Assembly: GCA_965226745.1 (NCBI GenBank)
Contig: CBDDDS010000002.1
Location: 92,801-156,800, forward strand
Source of the DNA: Dehalococcoidia bacterium
GTDB lineage: Bacteria; Chloroflexota; Dehalococcoidia; Lucifugimonadales; SAR202-VII-2
Reading direction: 5' to 3'
DNA: 64,000 nt
The notes under the pieces were generated by a model, which saw nothing but the letters and a program-made list of their open reading frames with translations, was not told where the DNA came from and did not search any database. The position numbers and the translations under genes are program-made. Below, in pieces: positions 37,821-47,022 of the stretch. Every line of letters begins with the position of its first letter. Position 1 is the stretch's first letter.

Positions 37821-37942
37821 TCCATGTTACCCACGCGATTCCAGGCGCCGCAAGCGAACCGTTGCGGCAGGGGCTCGCCCTCGCTACCATCTGAGACAAC
37901 ATTTGGCTAGCAACATCTGCGCCGCTCCGCCGAGGTGGGCCT

Positions 37943-38782
37943 TTGAAATCCCTCACCACCCCCAGCCTGCGTCTCTCCGGCCAGGACTTGGACTTCGTCT
38001 TGGAGCAGGTGACCGAAGGGAAGGGCAGCAGCGACAGCTTCCGCGAGCTGCTCCAGGACGATGAAGCATTCCGCAGCGGTCTCGTGGGCGACCCGCGGGT
38101 CTTCAGCCGCCTCATGGACGACGATGAGGCCTTTTTGCGGGTCTCCCCTGCCCTCTTCTTCGAGGTGCTGCTCCGCAGGGCCCGCTCCGAGCTCGAGAAG
38201 GCCACGCACACCATGGAGCGCGCCGGCAGCCAGGCGGTCCCCGTCTTCGACGCCCACAACGTTGTTGCCCTGCTGGACCAGCCCCGCGTCGTCTACTATC
38301 TCGCCGACATGTTGGCCTCCTTCACGCGGGTCCGAAGCAGCGTGACCCGGGTGCGGGTGCGGCGGGGGTTGTGGCGCAAGGTCCGGTACAGCGACATGGA
38401 CGTCGACGGACTTGTGAAGTACGGCGCGGAACTCGAGGCGGAACAGCGGTTTCCCGTCTACAAGAGGATCGGCGACGTCTGTCTCTTCATCCTGGGGGTG
38501 TTCCCCGGACACGCTTCCCCAGCCCACGGCCCGGCATCGCCGGGCGGCTCGCGGCCGCAAGGTTCCGGCAGGGCGCGCCGGGGAGCGGAGGAATACGGGG
38601 AGGAAGGCCGCCGGTTCTACCGCCTGGCAGCCGAGCACCCGTCGGCCGGCGAGCTGGATGTCTCGGAGGTGCTTCACACGCTCCACGACCATTTCAGTGT
38701 CGCCAGGAAGCCGCTGACGTTCATAGCCGAGCATTACCTTCAGGGCATGAAGCGGCGGGTCTTCACCGGGGACCAAGAGTAG
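37943..38782 (+). CDS. Hypothetical protein (279 aa, TTG start)
   Basis: Strong GC3 bias in this frame compared with the overlapping antisense ORFs. …VFDAHNVVALLDQPRVVYYLADMLASF…RFPVYKRIGDVCLFILGVFPGH…; I recognise no family. Confidence 0.6.
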   Translation: MKSLTTPSLRLSGQDLDFVLEQVTEGKGSSDSFRELLQDDEAFRSGLVGDPRVFSRLMDDDEAFLRVSPALFFEVLLRRARSELEKATHTMERAGSQAVPVFDAHNVVALLDQPRVVYYLADMLASFTRVRSSVTRVRVRRGLWRKVRYSDMDVDGLVKYGAELEAEQRFPVYKRIGDVCLFILGVFPGHASPAHGPASPGGSRPQGSGRARRGAEEYGEEGRRFYRLAAEHPSAGELDVSEVLHTLHDHFSVARKPLTFIAEHYLQGMKRRVFTGDQE

Positions 38783-38807
38783 GCCGCTGATTCCCGAAGA
38801 CACCGAC

Positions 38808-38836
38808 AGAGGCCCCCGGCATTGCCGGGGGCCTCT
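38808..38836. terminator. Perfect 13-bp GC-rich hairpin between convergent genes (possible bidirectional terminator; no U tract)
   Basis: AGAGGCCCCCGGC-att-GCCGGGGGCCTCT. Confidence 0.5.
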
Positions 38837-38869
38837 GGGCGTCCCTTACGATAAACGCAGCACTCTCAC

Positions 38870-39613
38870 CTACATCACGCTGCCGCCGGCGTCCACGTTG
38901 ATGGTCTGACCGTAGACGTGGGCGGCGTCGTCGCTGGCGAGGAAGAGCGCCACCATTGCCTGCTCCTCGGGCAGCCCTGGCCGGCCCCCGATGACGTTCC
39001 GCGTTGACCTATCTTCCATGGCAATCATGCCGCCAACCTGCGACCCGGTGATCCCTGGCGCTATGGCGTTGGCCCTGATGCCGTACTGGGCCAATTGCAC
39101 AGCCAAGTCCATGGTGAGCGTAACGATTGCTCCCTTCGCCATGTCGTAGGCGACCCGGGACGTGCTGCCGCGGAATGCGGACCCGGAGGAAAAGTTCACA
39201 ATCGAGCCGCCGGTCCCCTGCTTCACCATCTGCTCAGCGACGTACTTGCAGGTGTAGTAGCTGCCGTGCATCGTTACGTCGACTATGCGCAGGTACTCCT
39301 CGTCCGCCAGCTCCAGCATCGGCTGGCGGTCGGAGATGGCGGCGCAGTTGGTCAGGATGTCGACCTTGCCTAGCCGCTCCACCACGGTCTTCACCATGTT
39401 CTTGACCGAGTCCACGTCCTCCACCGGGCCGATGACGTAGGTACACTCGCCTCCCTGCGCCTCAACTTCTTCAGCCACGGCGGCGGCGCGGCCCTCATCG
39501 ACGTCGAAGATGGCGATCTTGGCGCCCTCCTTGGAGAATAGGAGAGAGATTGCCCTGCCGATGTTGCGCCCGCCGCCGACAACTACAGCGGCCTTTCCGT
39601 CCAGTCTTCCCAT
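38870..39613 (-). CDS. Short-chain dehydrogenase/reductase (SDR)
   Basis: Trimmed to ATG 39613 (CAGGAGG upstream): MGRLDGKAAVVVGGGRNIGRAISL..., YDMAKGA. Confidence 0.88.
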   Translation of the reverse strand: MGRLDGKAAVVVGGGRNIGRAISLLFSKEGAKIAIFDVDEGRAAAVAEEVEAQGGECTYVIGPVEDVDSVKNMVKTVVERLGKVDILTNCAAISDRQPMLELADEEYLRIVDVTMHGSYYTCKYVAEQMVKQGTGGSIVNFSSGSAFRGSTSRVAYDMAKGAIVTLTMDLAVQLAQYGIRANAIAPGITGSQVGGMIAMEDRSTRNVIGGRPGLPEEQAMVALFLASDDAAHVYGQTINVDAGGSVM

Positions 39614-39884
39614 TGTCCCCCCTCCTGTGAGTTGTTTGTTCAGAGCCGACGGAAACCCGGGGCTCCCGCCGCATGCGCCGGGATTGTATCCCCCGGCTGG
39701 CAGCCACGCAAGGAGACCGCCCTGGGGACGGCCTCGCGGCGTCTGGGGCCGCCGCCGCCCACTTCGATGACAGAACGCCTCGATGCTGGTACCGTGGCCG
39801 CGGCGTTGCGCCTTTCGAAACTCCCCCGGCAATCGGCGATGCGGGGGCGCCTAAAGGCGGGCAGTCCCCTTTGCGAGGGTTCCC

Positions 39885-41615
39885 ATGGCAGTAGACCCCA
39901 TCGTTTTCGAGATCATCAACTCCCGTATGCAGGGCATCGTCCGGGAGATGCAGATCGACACCTTCCGCACCGGCTACTCCACCCTCATCCGCGAGACCCA
40001 CGACCTTTCCTGCGGCCTCGTCGACAGGGACGGCCGCGTCGTTTCCCAGTTCGCTGGCATCCCCATCCACATGGGCTCCTACCCCGACTGCATCCAGGGC
40101 CTTTTCAAGTACTATCCCCCTGACCAGATCGAGGATGGCGACTGCTTCTTCGTCAATCACCCCTACGAGTCCGGCTGCGCCCACTCCCTCGATAGCGCCG
40201 CCATCGTCCCTATCTTCCACCACGATGACCTCGTGGCGTTTGGCATCGGCATCAGCCACAAGGGCGACATCGGCGGCCTTGCCCCCGGCAGCCGCGCCGC
40301 CAATGCCCGCGACCTCTTCGGCGAGGGTATGCAGGTTCCCCCCGTCAAGTACATGAGCCGCCATAAGGTCGTCAAGGAGACCGAGAACCTCATCTGGGCC
40401 AACACCCGCACCCCCGAACTCCTCCTCGGCGATTACAACTCCCAGGCCGGCCCCATGTGGAGCGTCGGCGCCAAGCGGCTGGTGGAGCTGATGGACCGCT
40501 ACGGCAAGGATACGGTCCTGGAGGTGTTCGAGGAGGTGGGGCGGAAGACCGAGCAGCATCTGCGGGCGGAGATCTCCAAGTGGAAGGACGGCGTCTACGA
40601 GGCCGAGTCCTACCTGGACAACGACCTGGTGGACATGGATACGCCGGTGCGTTTGCACGTCAGGATTACGAAGCAGGGGGACAGGCTCCTGCTAGACTTC
40701 TCGGAGTCCGCCGACCAGAACCGCGGCCCGCTGAACGTCCGGCCCCCCATCATCCGGGGGAGTTGCCTCTACGCCATCGTGTCCATGATGGAATCGCCGC
40801 CGGAGAACAACCACGGCGTCACCAACGTCATCGATTACAAGTTCCGGCCCGGCAGCGTCCTCGACCCCATCTACCCCGCCCCCGTCGGCTTCTATGCCTA
40901 CGTTCTCTGGGTGCTGGAAGACATGGTCATCCAGGCGTTGTCGCAGGCGTCCGGCCGGCCGGCGCGCGCCAACCACGGCGCCAATGGGCTCTTCACCATG
41001 GGAAGCGTGGGGCCCGGCGGCCGGCCCATGGTGCACTATGAGTTGATGGCCGGCGGAAGCGGGGCCTACGGCGGCGGCGACGGTTGGACCGGCTGCGGCT
41101 ACGGAGGCACGGGCCCGAAGATCACCTGCGTTGAAGTCATCGAAACAGAGTTTCCCGTGCGGATGGAGCAGTTCAGAACAGTGCCGGACTCGGCGGGCAC
41201 CGGCAAATTCCGGGGAGGCAACGCCCATTTCCGGGACTACCGGATTCTGGCCGGAGGCCGGTACTCTGGCGGTGGGAGCCGCTACCGGGTTCCGCCAAGG
41301 GGCATGAACGGGGGTGGCGATGGGGCCGTGGGCTCTATCGTGGTCAATCCAGGAACAGACAACGAGACGCGGTATAGAAACCTGGTGTCCAACGTGCAGC
41401 TCAACGACGGCGATCTGCTTCGCATCTCCACGGGCAGCGGTGGAGGCGTGGGCAACCCCAAGGAACGCGACCCGGCCCGAGTAGTCGAGGACCTGAAGGA
41501 TGGCTACGTCACGCCGGAGACGGCCGCAACGGTCTACGGCCTTGCCAGCGAAAGCATCGAAGAGGCCCTGGCCTGGGATGAGCGGCGCCCGCATGAACGG
41601 GAAGCAAGTGAGTGA
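39885..41615 (+). CDS. Hydantoinase B / oxoprolinase (HyuB) family protein, with no adjacent HyuA
   Basis: 576 aa. MAVDPIVFEIINSRMQGIVREMQIDTFRTGYSTLIRETHDLSCGLVDRDGRVV... is a typical HyuB N-terminus. Confidence 0.85.
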   Translation: MAVDPIVFEIINSRMQGIVREMQIDTFRTGYSTLIRETHDLSCGLVDRDGRVVSQFAGIPIHMGSYPDCIQGLFKYYPPDQIEDGDCFFVNHPYESGCAHSLDSAAIVPIFHHDDLVAFGIGISHKGDIGGLAPGSRAANARDLFGEGMQVPPVKYMSRHKVVKETENLIWANTRTPELLLGDYNSQAGPMWSVGAKRLVELMDRYGKDTVLEVFEEVGRKTEQHLRAEISKWKDGVYEAESYLDNDLVDMDTPVRLHVRITKQGDRLLLDFSESADQNRGPLNVRPPIIRGSCLYAIVSMMESPPENNHGVTNVIDYKFRPGSVLDPIYPAPVGFYAYVLWVLEDMVIQALSQASGRPARANHGANGLFTMGSVGPGGRPMVHYELMAGGSGAYGGGDGWTGCGYGGTGPKITCVEVIETEFPVRMEQFRTVPDSAGTGKFRGGNAHFRDYRILAGGRYSGGGSRYRVPPRGMNGGGDGAVGSIVVNPGTDNETRYRNLVSNVQLNDGDLLRISTGSGGGVGNPKERDPARVVEDLKDGYVTPETAATVYGLASESIEEALAWDERRPHEREASE

Positions 41616-41799
41616 GCCACAACCGGCGCAGCGGTCGTGGGTGGCCTGGGTGGTATACTCCGTCTCGGCCAGCCGGCTCAGGGGGCCTGCCGTCTGTGAG
41701 AGGCGCCCGAGGGCTGGGCAGGCGCGGCATGAACAAGCCCCTTGGGAGTCGGGGTAGGACGCGAAGCGGGAAACCTTGGACGGAGTGACGGCGTAACCA

Positions 41800-42555
41800 A
41801 TGAACAGACTTCAGGACACCGTAGCCATCATCACCGGGGCCAGCCGGGGAATCGGCCGGGCCGTAGCCTTGGAATTTGCCAGGGAGGGGGCGGACGTCGT
41901 CGTGGTGGGGGCCACCGATGCGGCGGCGGCGCAGGAGGTGGCCAGCGCCGTCGAGGCGCTGGGAAGGAATGCGCTAACCGTCATGGCCGACGTTTCGCAG
42001 AGAGCCGAGGTTGACGCCTTCGTCAAGGGGGCGTTGGATAGGTTCGGCAAGATCGACATTCTCGTCAACAACGCCGGCATCATCAGCCCCGTTCCGCTGC
42101 TGGACATGCCGGAAAGCCAGTGGGACCGCACTATGGAGGTCCACCTCAAGGGAACGTTCAACTGCACGCAGTCGGTAGGCCGGCACATGAAGGAGCGGGG
42201 CGAAGGCAAGATCATCAATGTCGCCGCCCCGTCTGCCCTGCGGGCCTCCTCACTGGGCGTTTCCGACTACGCCGCGGCCAAGGGAGGCATTATTGCCTTC
42301 ACCAAGAATGCCGCCAGGGAGCTGGCCCAATTCCGGGTGTGCGTGAACTGCATCAGCCCCGCGGTCTACACGCGCATGACGGACAGCCTGATGGAGATCG
42401 ACCACTCCACCCTGGAGGAGAGGCACAGCCGCGTTCCTCTGGGTTGGTTCGGCCAGCCGGAGGATGCCGCTCCGGCCTTCGTATTCTTTGCCTCGAAGGA
42501 CGCCGACTATATCACCGGCCAAATCCTGTCGGTGGACGGCGGAACGACGGCCTGA
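41800..42555 (+). CDS. Short-chain dehydrogenase/reductase (FabG-like)
   Basis: 251 aa. ...VAIITGASRGIGRAVAL..., NNAGI, YAAAKGG. Confidence 0.9.
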   Translation: MNRLQDTVAIITGASRGIGRAVALEFAREGADVVVVGATDAAAAQEVASAVEALGRNALTVMADVSQRAEVDAFVKGALDRFGKIDILVNNAGIISPVPLLDMPESQWDRTMEVHLKGTFNCTQSVGRHMKERGEGKIINVAAPSALRASSLGVSDYAAAKGGIIAFTKNAARELAQFRVCVNCISPAVYTRMTDSLMEIDHSTLEERHSRVPLGWFGQPEDAAPAFVFFASKDADYITGQILSVDGGTTA

Positions 42556-42559
42556 ATCC

Positions 42560-43771
42560 CTACGTTTCGAGCCGCTCAATCGTCTCGGCTGCCGCCCTAA
42601 TCCTGCTGTCGCGCACCCTCGTCGCGGCAACCAGGGCGCCAATGGCGGCGGCCGCCAGGCACGTGAACCCGATTGCCTCGTAACCCCCGAAGGCGAGAGC
42701 GAGGCCGCCCAAGGCCGGGCCGAGCATTGCCCCACCCTGGTTGCTAAAGGCTGGGACGTTCATCGCAGTGCCCTGGAGTTTGCGCCCGCCTATCAGGGAC
42801 AGAAAGGTGTGAAACATGGTGAAGGGGGCGAAGATGGTGATGGTGAACAGCAGGCCCAGTCCCACCAACAGCCACAGGGGCATCCCCATGACGAATATCA
42901 TCAGGGCAAGAGTACCACTGACGGCCATTCCCACAGGCATGACCTTGGAGCGATGGCGGCTGTCGGCGAGATAGCCCACCAGGGCCGGAGAGAGCACCGT
43001 GCCGGCGCCGATGATGGCCACCGGTAGCGCCGTTCCCCCCGTGGACAGGTCCTGGCTGACTATCAGATAGGCTGCGAAATAGGTGGAGAAGCTGAAGTAA
43101 GCGATCCTGTGGGTTATGTTGACGAGGCTCAAGTCCCAGATAATGCCAAGCCGGACCAGAGGCGCGAACCTCGAGAATATGCCGCCGGAGGGTCCAACGG
43201 GCGGCGGGTTGGGAAGCCACAGGAACACGAAGGCCCAGGCTACTGCCGTGATCGCGGCTGCCGTGTAGAAGCTGGCGCGCCACCCCGCCAATTCCCCAGC
43301 CAGTGTCGTCACCGGGACGCCGACTACGATGGCCAGTCCTCCCGTGGCGCTCATCCACCCCAACGCTTTTCCCCGGTTTGCCGGCGGCACGTAGTCCGCG
43401 AGGAAGGCCGAGTAGGTGGGCGGTATGAGCCCTCCGAGCCCCGTCAACGCCCGGAAGAACATCGCCGCTGCGAAGGTCCAGGACATGGCCATGCCGAGCA
43501 CGCCGACCATGGTGGCGCTCAGCCCTATGAGCAGGATCTTCTTGCGCCCATAGCGGTCGGAGAAGTACCCCGCCGACCCGGCTACGAAGAGCCACACGCC
43601 CGCCGTCACGGTGTTGAATTGGCCGGCGACGGCCACCCCGATCCCCAGGTCGTCGGAGATGTCGACGAGGAGAGGGCCCATCATGAACACGACGAGCTGG
43701 ATGATGAAGATCCCTGACCCGGCAGCGGCTACCAGGAACACGAATCCCGGGGATTTCCTCTCTGGGCGCAT
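42560..43771 (-). CDS. MFS transporter
   Basis: 403 aa with about 12 hydrophobic segments. …GYFSDRYGRKKILLIGL… is the MFS loop 2-3 motif. Confidence 0.88.
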   Translation of the reverse strand: MRPERKSPGFVFLVAAAGSGIFIIQLVVFMMGPLLVDISDDLGIGVAVAGQFNTVTAGVWLFVAGSAGYFSDRYGRKKILLIGLSATMVGVLGMAMSWTFAAAMFFRALTGLGGLIPPTYSAFLADYVPPANRGKALGWMSATGGLAIVVGVPVTTLAGELAGWRASFYTAAAITAVAWAFVFLWLPNPPPVGPSGGIFSRFAPLVRLGIIWDLSLVNITHRIAYFSFSTYFAAYLIVSQDLSTGGTALPVAIIGAGTVLSPALVGYLADSRHRSKVMPVGMAVSGTLALMIFVMGMPLWLLVGLGLLFTITIFAPFTMFHTFLSLIGGRKLQGTAMNVPAFSNQGGAMLGPALGGLALAFGGYEAIGFTCLAAAAIGALVAATRVRDSRIRAAAETIERLET

Positions 43772-43995
43772 AGGGCACGTTGGTCTGGGGCTTGGCTCGC
43801 TCTGCGAGAGCGCTGGGCCCCCTCACGTTACTGTGCAGGAGGGGGGCTGGCAACAAGGGCGGGCCATCGGACGGCGCCGGGAGACCGCCATGTCCGCTCG
43901 GCGTTCACCCACGCCCTTAGACTGACGCCGGCCCCTCCCTGGCGTACACTGGACGCTCTGGAGGCGCCGCCCACACTAACGGAGGTAGACCCGCA

Positions 43996-44940
43996 ATGAC
44001 CGACCTGAAGCTGAAGACCGCCATCGTCACCCGAGGACACACCGAGGCGCTCAAGGACGGGGCGGTCAGGCCCAAGACGTTCGAGTTCGACTTTGAAGAG
44101 GTCCCCGTGATCATCCAGGCCTTCCGCCGCATGGTGCGCGGGCTGGAGTTCGACGTCACCGAGATGGCTATCACCACCTACATCTGCGCCCGCGCCCACG
44201 GGAAGCCGTTCACGGCGATTCCGGTGTTCCTTATGCGCCAGTTTCACCACGGCGCCATCCTGTACAACACGGAGGCCGGGATTCACAGCCCCAGGGACCT
44301 GGAAGGCAAGAGGGTGGGCGTGAACCGGGGTTACACTGTCACGGGAGGCCTGTGGGCCCGCAGCATCCTCCAGTACGAGCACGGCGTGGACCTGAACAGC
44401 ATCACGTGGGTGCTCTCCGGCGATGAACACGTGGCCGAGTACCAGGCCCCTCCGGACGTTGTGCCCATCGAGGAGGGCGGGAAACTGGAGGAAATGCTGG
44501 TCACCGGGGAGATTCCCGCCGCCATAGGCGTCCAGGTAGATGCTCCCAATGTTAGGCCCCTTATCCCCAACGCCCTGGACGCGGGCCTCGATGCCGTTCG
44601 CCGGCGGGGCCTCTACCCCATCAACCACACGCTTGTCGTCAAGAACGAGCTCCTAGCCGCCAACCCCGGCCTCGCCGCCGACGTGTTCGACGCGTTTGCC
44701 GAGGCCAAGCGTCTCTACATGGAGCGCCTGAAGGGAGGCGCGCTACAGGCGCCGTCTCAAGAGGACGAGATAAACCGCAGGGTGATGGAGATCACCGGCG
44801 ACCCCCTGCCCTACGGCGTCGAGTCGAACCGGGTGGTCTTGGAGGCGATCCTGCAATATTGCGTGGAGCAACGCATCCTTTCCGAACCTGTCGCCGTGGA
44901 GGACCTCTTCGCCGCGGGGACCCACGGCCTCACTGCTTAG
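43996..44940 (+). CDS. PhtD-like (4,5-dihydroxyphthalate decarboxylase family) / PBP2-fold protein
   Basis: 314 aa. …FDVTEMAITTYICARAHGKPFTAIPVFLMRQFHHGAILYNTEAGIHSPRDLEGKRVGVNRGYTVTGGLWARSILQYEHGVDLNSITWV… resembles the PhtD family as I remember it. Confidence 0.6.
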   Translation: MTDLKLKTAIVTRGHTEALKDGAVRPKTFEFDFEEVPVIIQAFRRMVRGLEFDVTEMAITTYICARAHGKPFTAIPVFLMRQFHHGAILYNTEAGIHSPRDLEGKRVGVNRGYTVTGGLWARSILQYEHGVDLNSITWVLSGDEHVAEYQAPPDVVPIEEGGKLEEMLVTGEIPAAIGVQVDAPNVRPLIPNALDAGLDAVRRRGLYPINHTLVVKNELLAANPGLAADVFDAFAEAKRLYMERLKGGALQAPSQEDEINRRVMEITGDPLPYGVESNRVVLEAILQYCVEQRILSEPVAVEDLFAAGTHGLTA

Positions 44941-45021
44941 ACGCCGCGGGAACGCAGGGCCCGGGTCCTTTCACAGGGAATAGCGAACGGCGGCGTCCGC
45001 CGGAAAGCGCGAACCGCGCGG

Positions 45022-45885
45022 TTACGGCGCCGCGGTGTCCACTGCGTTCAGGAAATCCAGCACGCGCGCCGGGGCCGTCTGCTCCGTCTGCTCCTCCACT
45101 GGGGCGTCCCAGTACTCGGCGCTGGGCAGGCACTCCTCCAGGTAGCGGGCCGCGGAAGTGGCGTGGTTGTCGTCGCGGCCTGGGATTACGAGGGCGGGGA
45201 CATCGAGCCTGAGCAGGTCTTCCGGCTCAGCGCCCGGCGCCGAGTCCCTGTCCATCAGGGCGCGGCCCATGGCCATCACCAGAAGCGTGTAGCGCCCCAC
45301 GTCCTGCTGCGCGTAGGAGTCGGCGAAGGCTGGGTCGCGGGCGATGACGGCGCCCCAGGGGCCAACGCGCGGGTCCGTTCCAAAGGTCTTGCCCTCGTCT
45401 GAAGCCAGAGAGACGACACCCGCCAGGCCCTCCCGTTGAACGTAGGCCAAGTGCTCGGCGAATCGGAGGTTGCCGTTGATGCGGTACTTGGCGCCACCGA
45501 CCGGCCAGTACAACACGAGGCTCAGCGTCGTCTCGGGATGTGCAACGCCAAAGGCCATGGCCGGAGAGCAGCCCATGCAGCCGCCCATGACGTGGGCGCG
45601 TTCAATGTTGAGTCGCTCCAGCAATCCCCGTCCCTGTTTGGCGTAGTGCTCCCATGAAATGCGTTCGACCCTGCCCCCCGATTCCCCCGCCTCGCGCCGG
45701 TCGAACATGATGCAGGCGTAGCGTTGCGACAGGTGGTCCAGGATCTTGGTGCGGCTGTAGGCGCCCAACGTGCGCCACTTTCCCATGGTGGCGTCGAAGC
45801 CCCCGGGCGAGAACATGAGCAGCGGCGGCCCAGAGCCAACCACCTCGTAGCGGGTCATGATGCCGTCGATGTCCTCGGTGGGCAT
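45022..45885 (-). CDS. Alpha/beta-fold hydrolase with Cys in the nucleophile elbow (GGCMG)
   Basis: 287 aa. …GSGPPLLMFSPGGF…AHVMGGCMGCSPAMAFGVAHPE…. Confidence 0.75.
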   Translation of the reverse strand: MPTEDIDGIMTRYEVVGSGPPLLMFSPGGFDATMGKWRTLGAYSRTKILDHLSQRYACIMFDRREAGESGGRVERISWEHYAKQGRGLLERLNIERAHVMGGCMGCSPAMAFGVAHPETTLSLVLYWPVGGAKYRINGNLRFAEHLAYVQREGLAGVVSLASDEGKTFGTDPRVGPWGAVIARDPAFADSYAQQDVGRYTLLVMAMGRALMDRDSAPGAEPEDLLRLDVPALVIPGRDDNHATSAARYLEECLPSAEYWDAPVEEQTEQTAPARVLDFLNAVDTAAP

Positions 45886-46015
45886 GGTCTACCTCCCTGG
45901 TCTTGTATCAGGCGCATGCAGCGGATGTCGCGGCCAACGCGCGTCCGGCGCCAATGGAGCGCCAACCGCTTCAGGAAGCAGTGGAAGCCTCTAGCATACG
46001 TCTGGAGGGCGCCGC

Positions 46016-46837
46016 TTAGGCGGGTGGAGCGATTGGTGGAGCGCCTCGAATCTGGCGTCCCGCTCTGACATCGTCAGCGTATGCGCTCACGGCGTCGAGG
46101 GCTGTGCGGGCGACGTTTGCGTAACGCTCCGTCGCGTCGTCGATGGCGCTGGCCGTATAGCCGATGGCGGCGAAGGTCGCTCTCACGCGTCCGTCCAGCC
46201 ACGGTCCGCCGCCAAGCCCGCCTATCACGGGTACGGAAATGGCCTGGGTGACGTAAGGCCCGGCCACGGGCCCTGAGTTGGTGAAGTCCAGCATAAAGGC
46301 GCCCGCCTCTTCCGCGACCCTGGCCTCCTGGAGAAGGCGCTCCTTCATGCCGGCGGCCATCTCCGGGCCGGCCTTGCTCATGCCGCCGTACTGGAGCGCC
46401 GTTTGAGGCGTTATGCCGAACTGTCCCCACACCGGAATGCCGGCGCGGGTTATGGCCCGCACGGCCTCAGGGAAGCTGGGGGCGCCGTCCAGTTTGACCA
46501 TGTCGGCCCCACCCTCCTTGACCAGCCGGATGGCCGCCCGCACCGCCTCTCGAGTTCCTTCCTGCAAGGGGCCGAAGGGAAAGTCGCAGCTCACCAGAGC
46601 CCTCTTCACTCCGCGGCGGACGGCCAGGCACGCCAGCACCATCTGGTCCATGGTGACCTCCAGCTCGCTGGACTGGCCCCAGAGGTTCGCGCCCACGGAG
46701 TCGCCAACGGAGACGAGGTCCACCCCGGCCCGGTCGACGATCTGCGCCATCTGGTAGTCATAGGCCACGACCGCCACGATCTTCCGGCCGTCGCGTTTCA
46801 TCTGCTGAAGGGTTGGTATGGTGACGTTGTCCGCCAT
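46016..46837 (-). CDS. PanB-family (ketopantoate hydroxymethyltransferase-like) protein, divergent active site
   Basis: 273 aa. …KIVAVVAYDYQMAQIVDRAGVDLVSVGDSVG…CDFPFG…MVKLDGA…GITPQT… is collinear with E. coli PanB. Confidence 0.75.
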   Translation of the reverse strand: MADNVTIPTLQQMKRDGRKIVAVVAYDYQMAQIVDRAGVDLVSVGDSVGANLWGQSSELEVTMDQMVLACLAVRRGVKRALVSCDFPFGPLQEGTREAVRAAIRLVKEGGADMVKLDGAPSFPEAVRAITRAGIPVWGQFGITPQTALQYGGMSKAGPEMAAGMKERLLQEARVAEEAGAFMLDFTNSGPVAGPYVTQAISVPVIGGLGGGPWLDGRVRATFAAIGYTASAIDDATERYANVARTALDAVSAYADDVRAGRQIRGAPPIAPPA

Positions 46838-47022
46838 TGCTCTCCGTGTGGGCGTTCCCTATCGCGATGTTGCAGGACGATAGCGTTAGCAGGCGCGCCC
46901 TGGATGTCGTTCCTATCGAGGTTGTTGCGCGGCCCCCATCCTAGCCTTCCTCCGTGGCCGGGGAAGGGACGAGAGAGCATTCTTCCGCCTGGCGCCTGTG
47001 GCAACGTCCCTGGGAAGCGCAC

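Noticed and set aside
37907-38803. 298-aa minus-strand ORF overlapping the 279-aa hypothetical gene (also 37510-38259 on the minus strand).
   Set aside because: The plus-strand frame has the strong G/C third-position bias seen in real genes here. The minus-strand translations are Gly/Val/His/Pro/Arg-rich shadow products.
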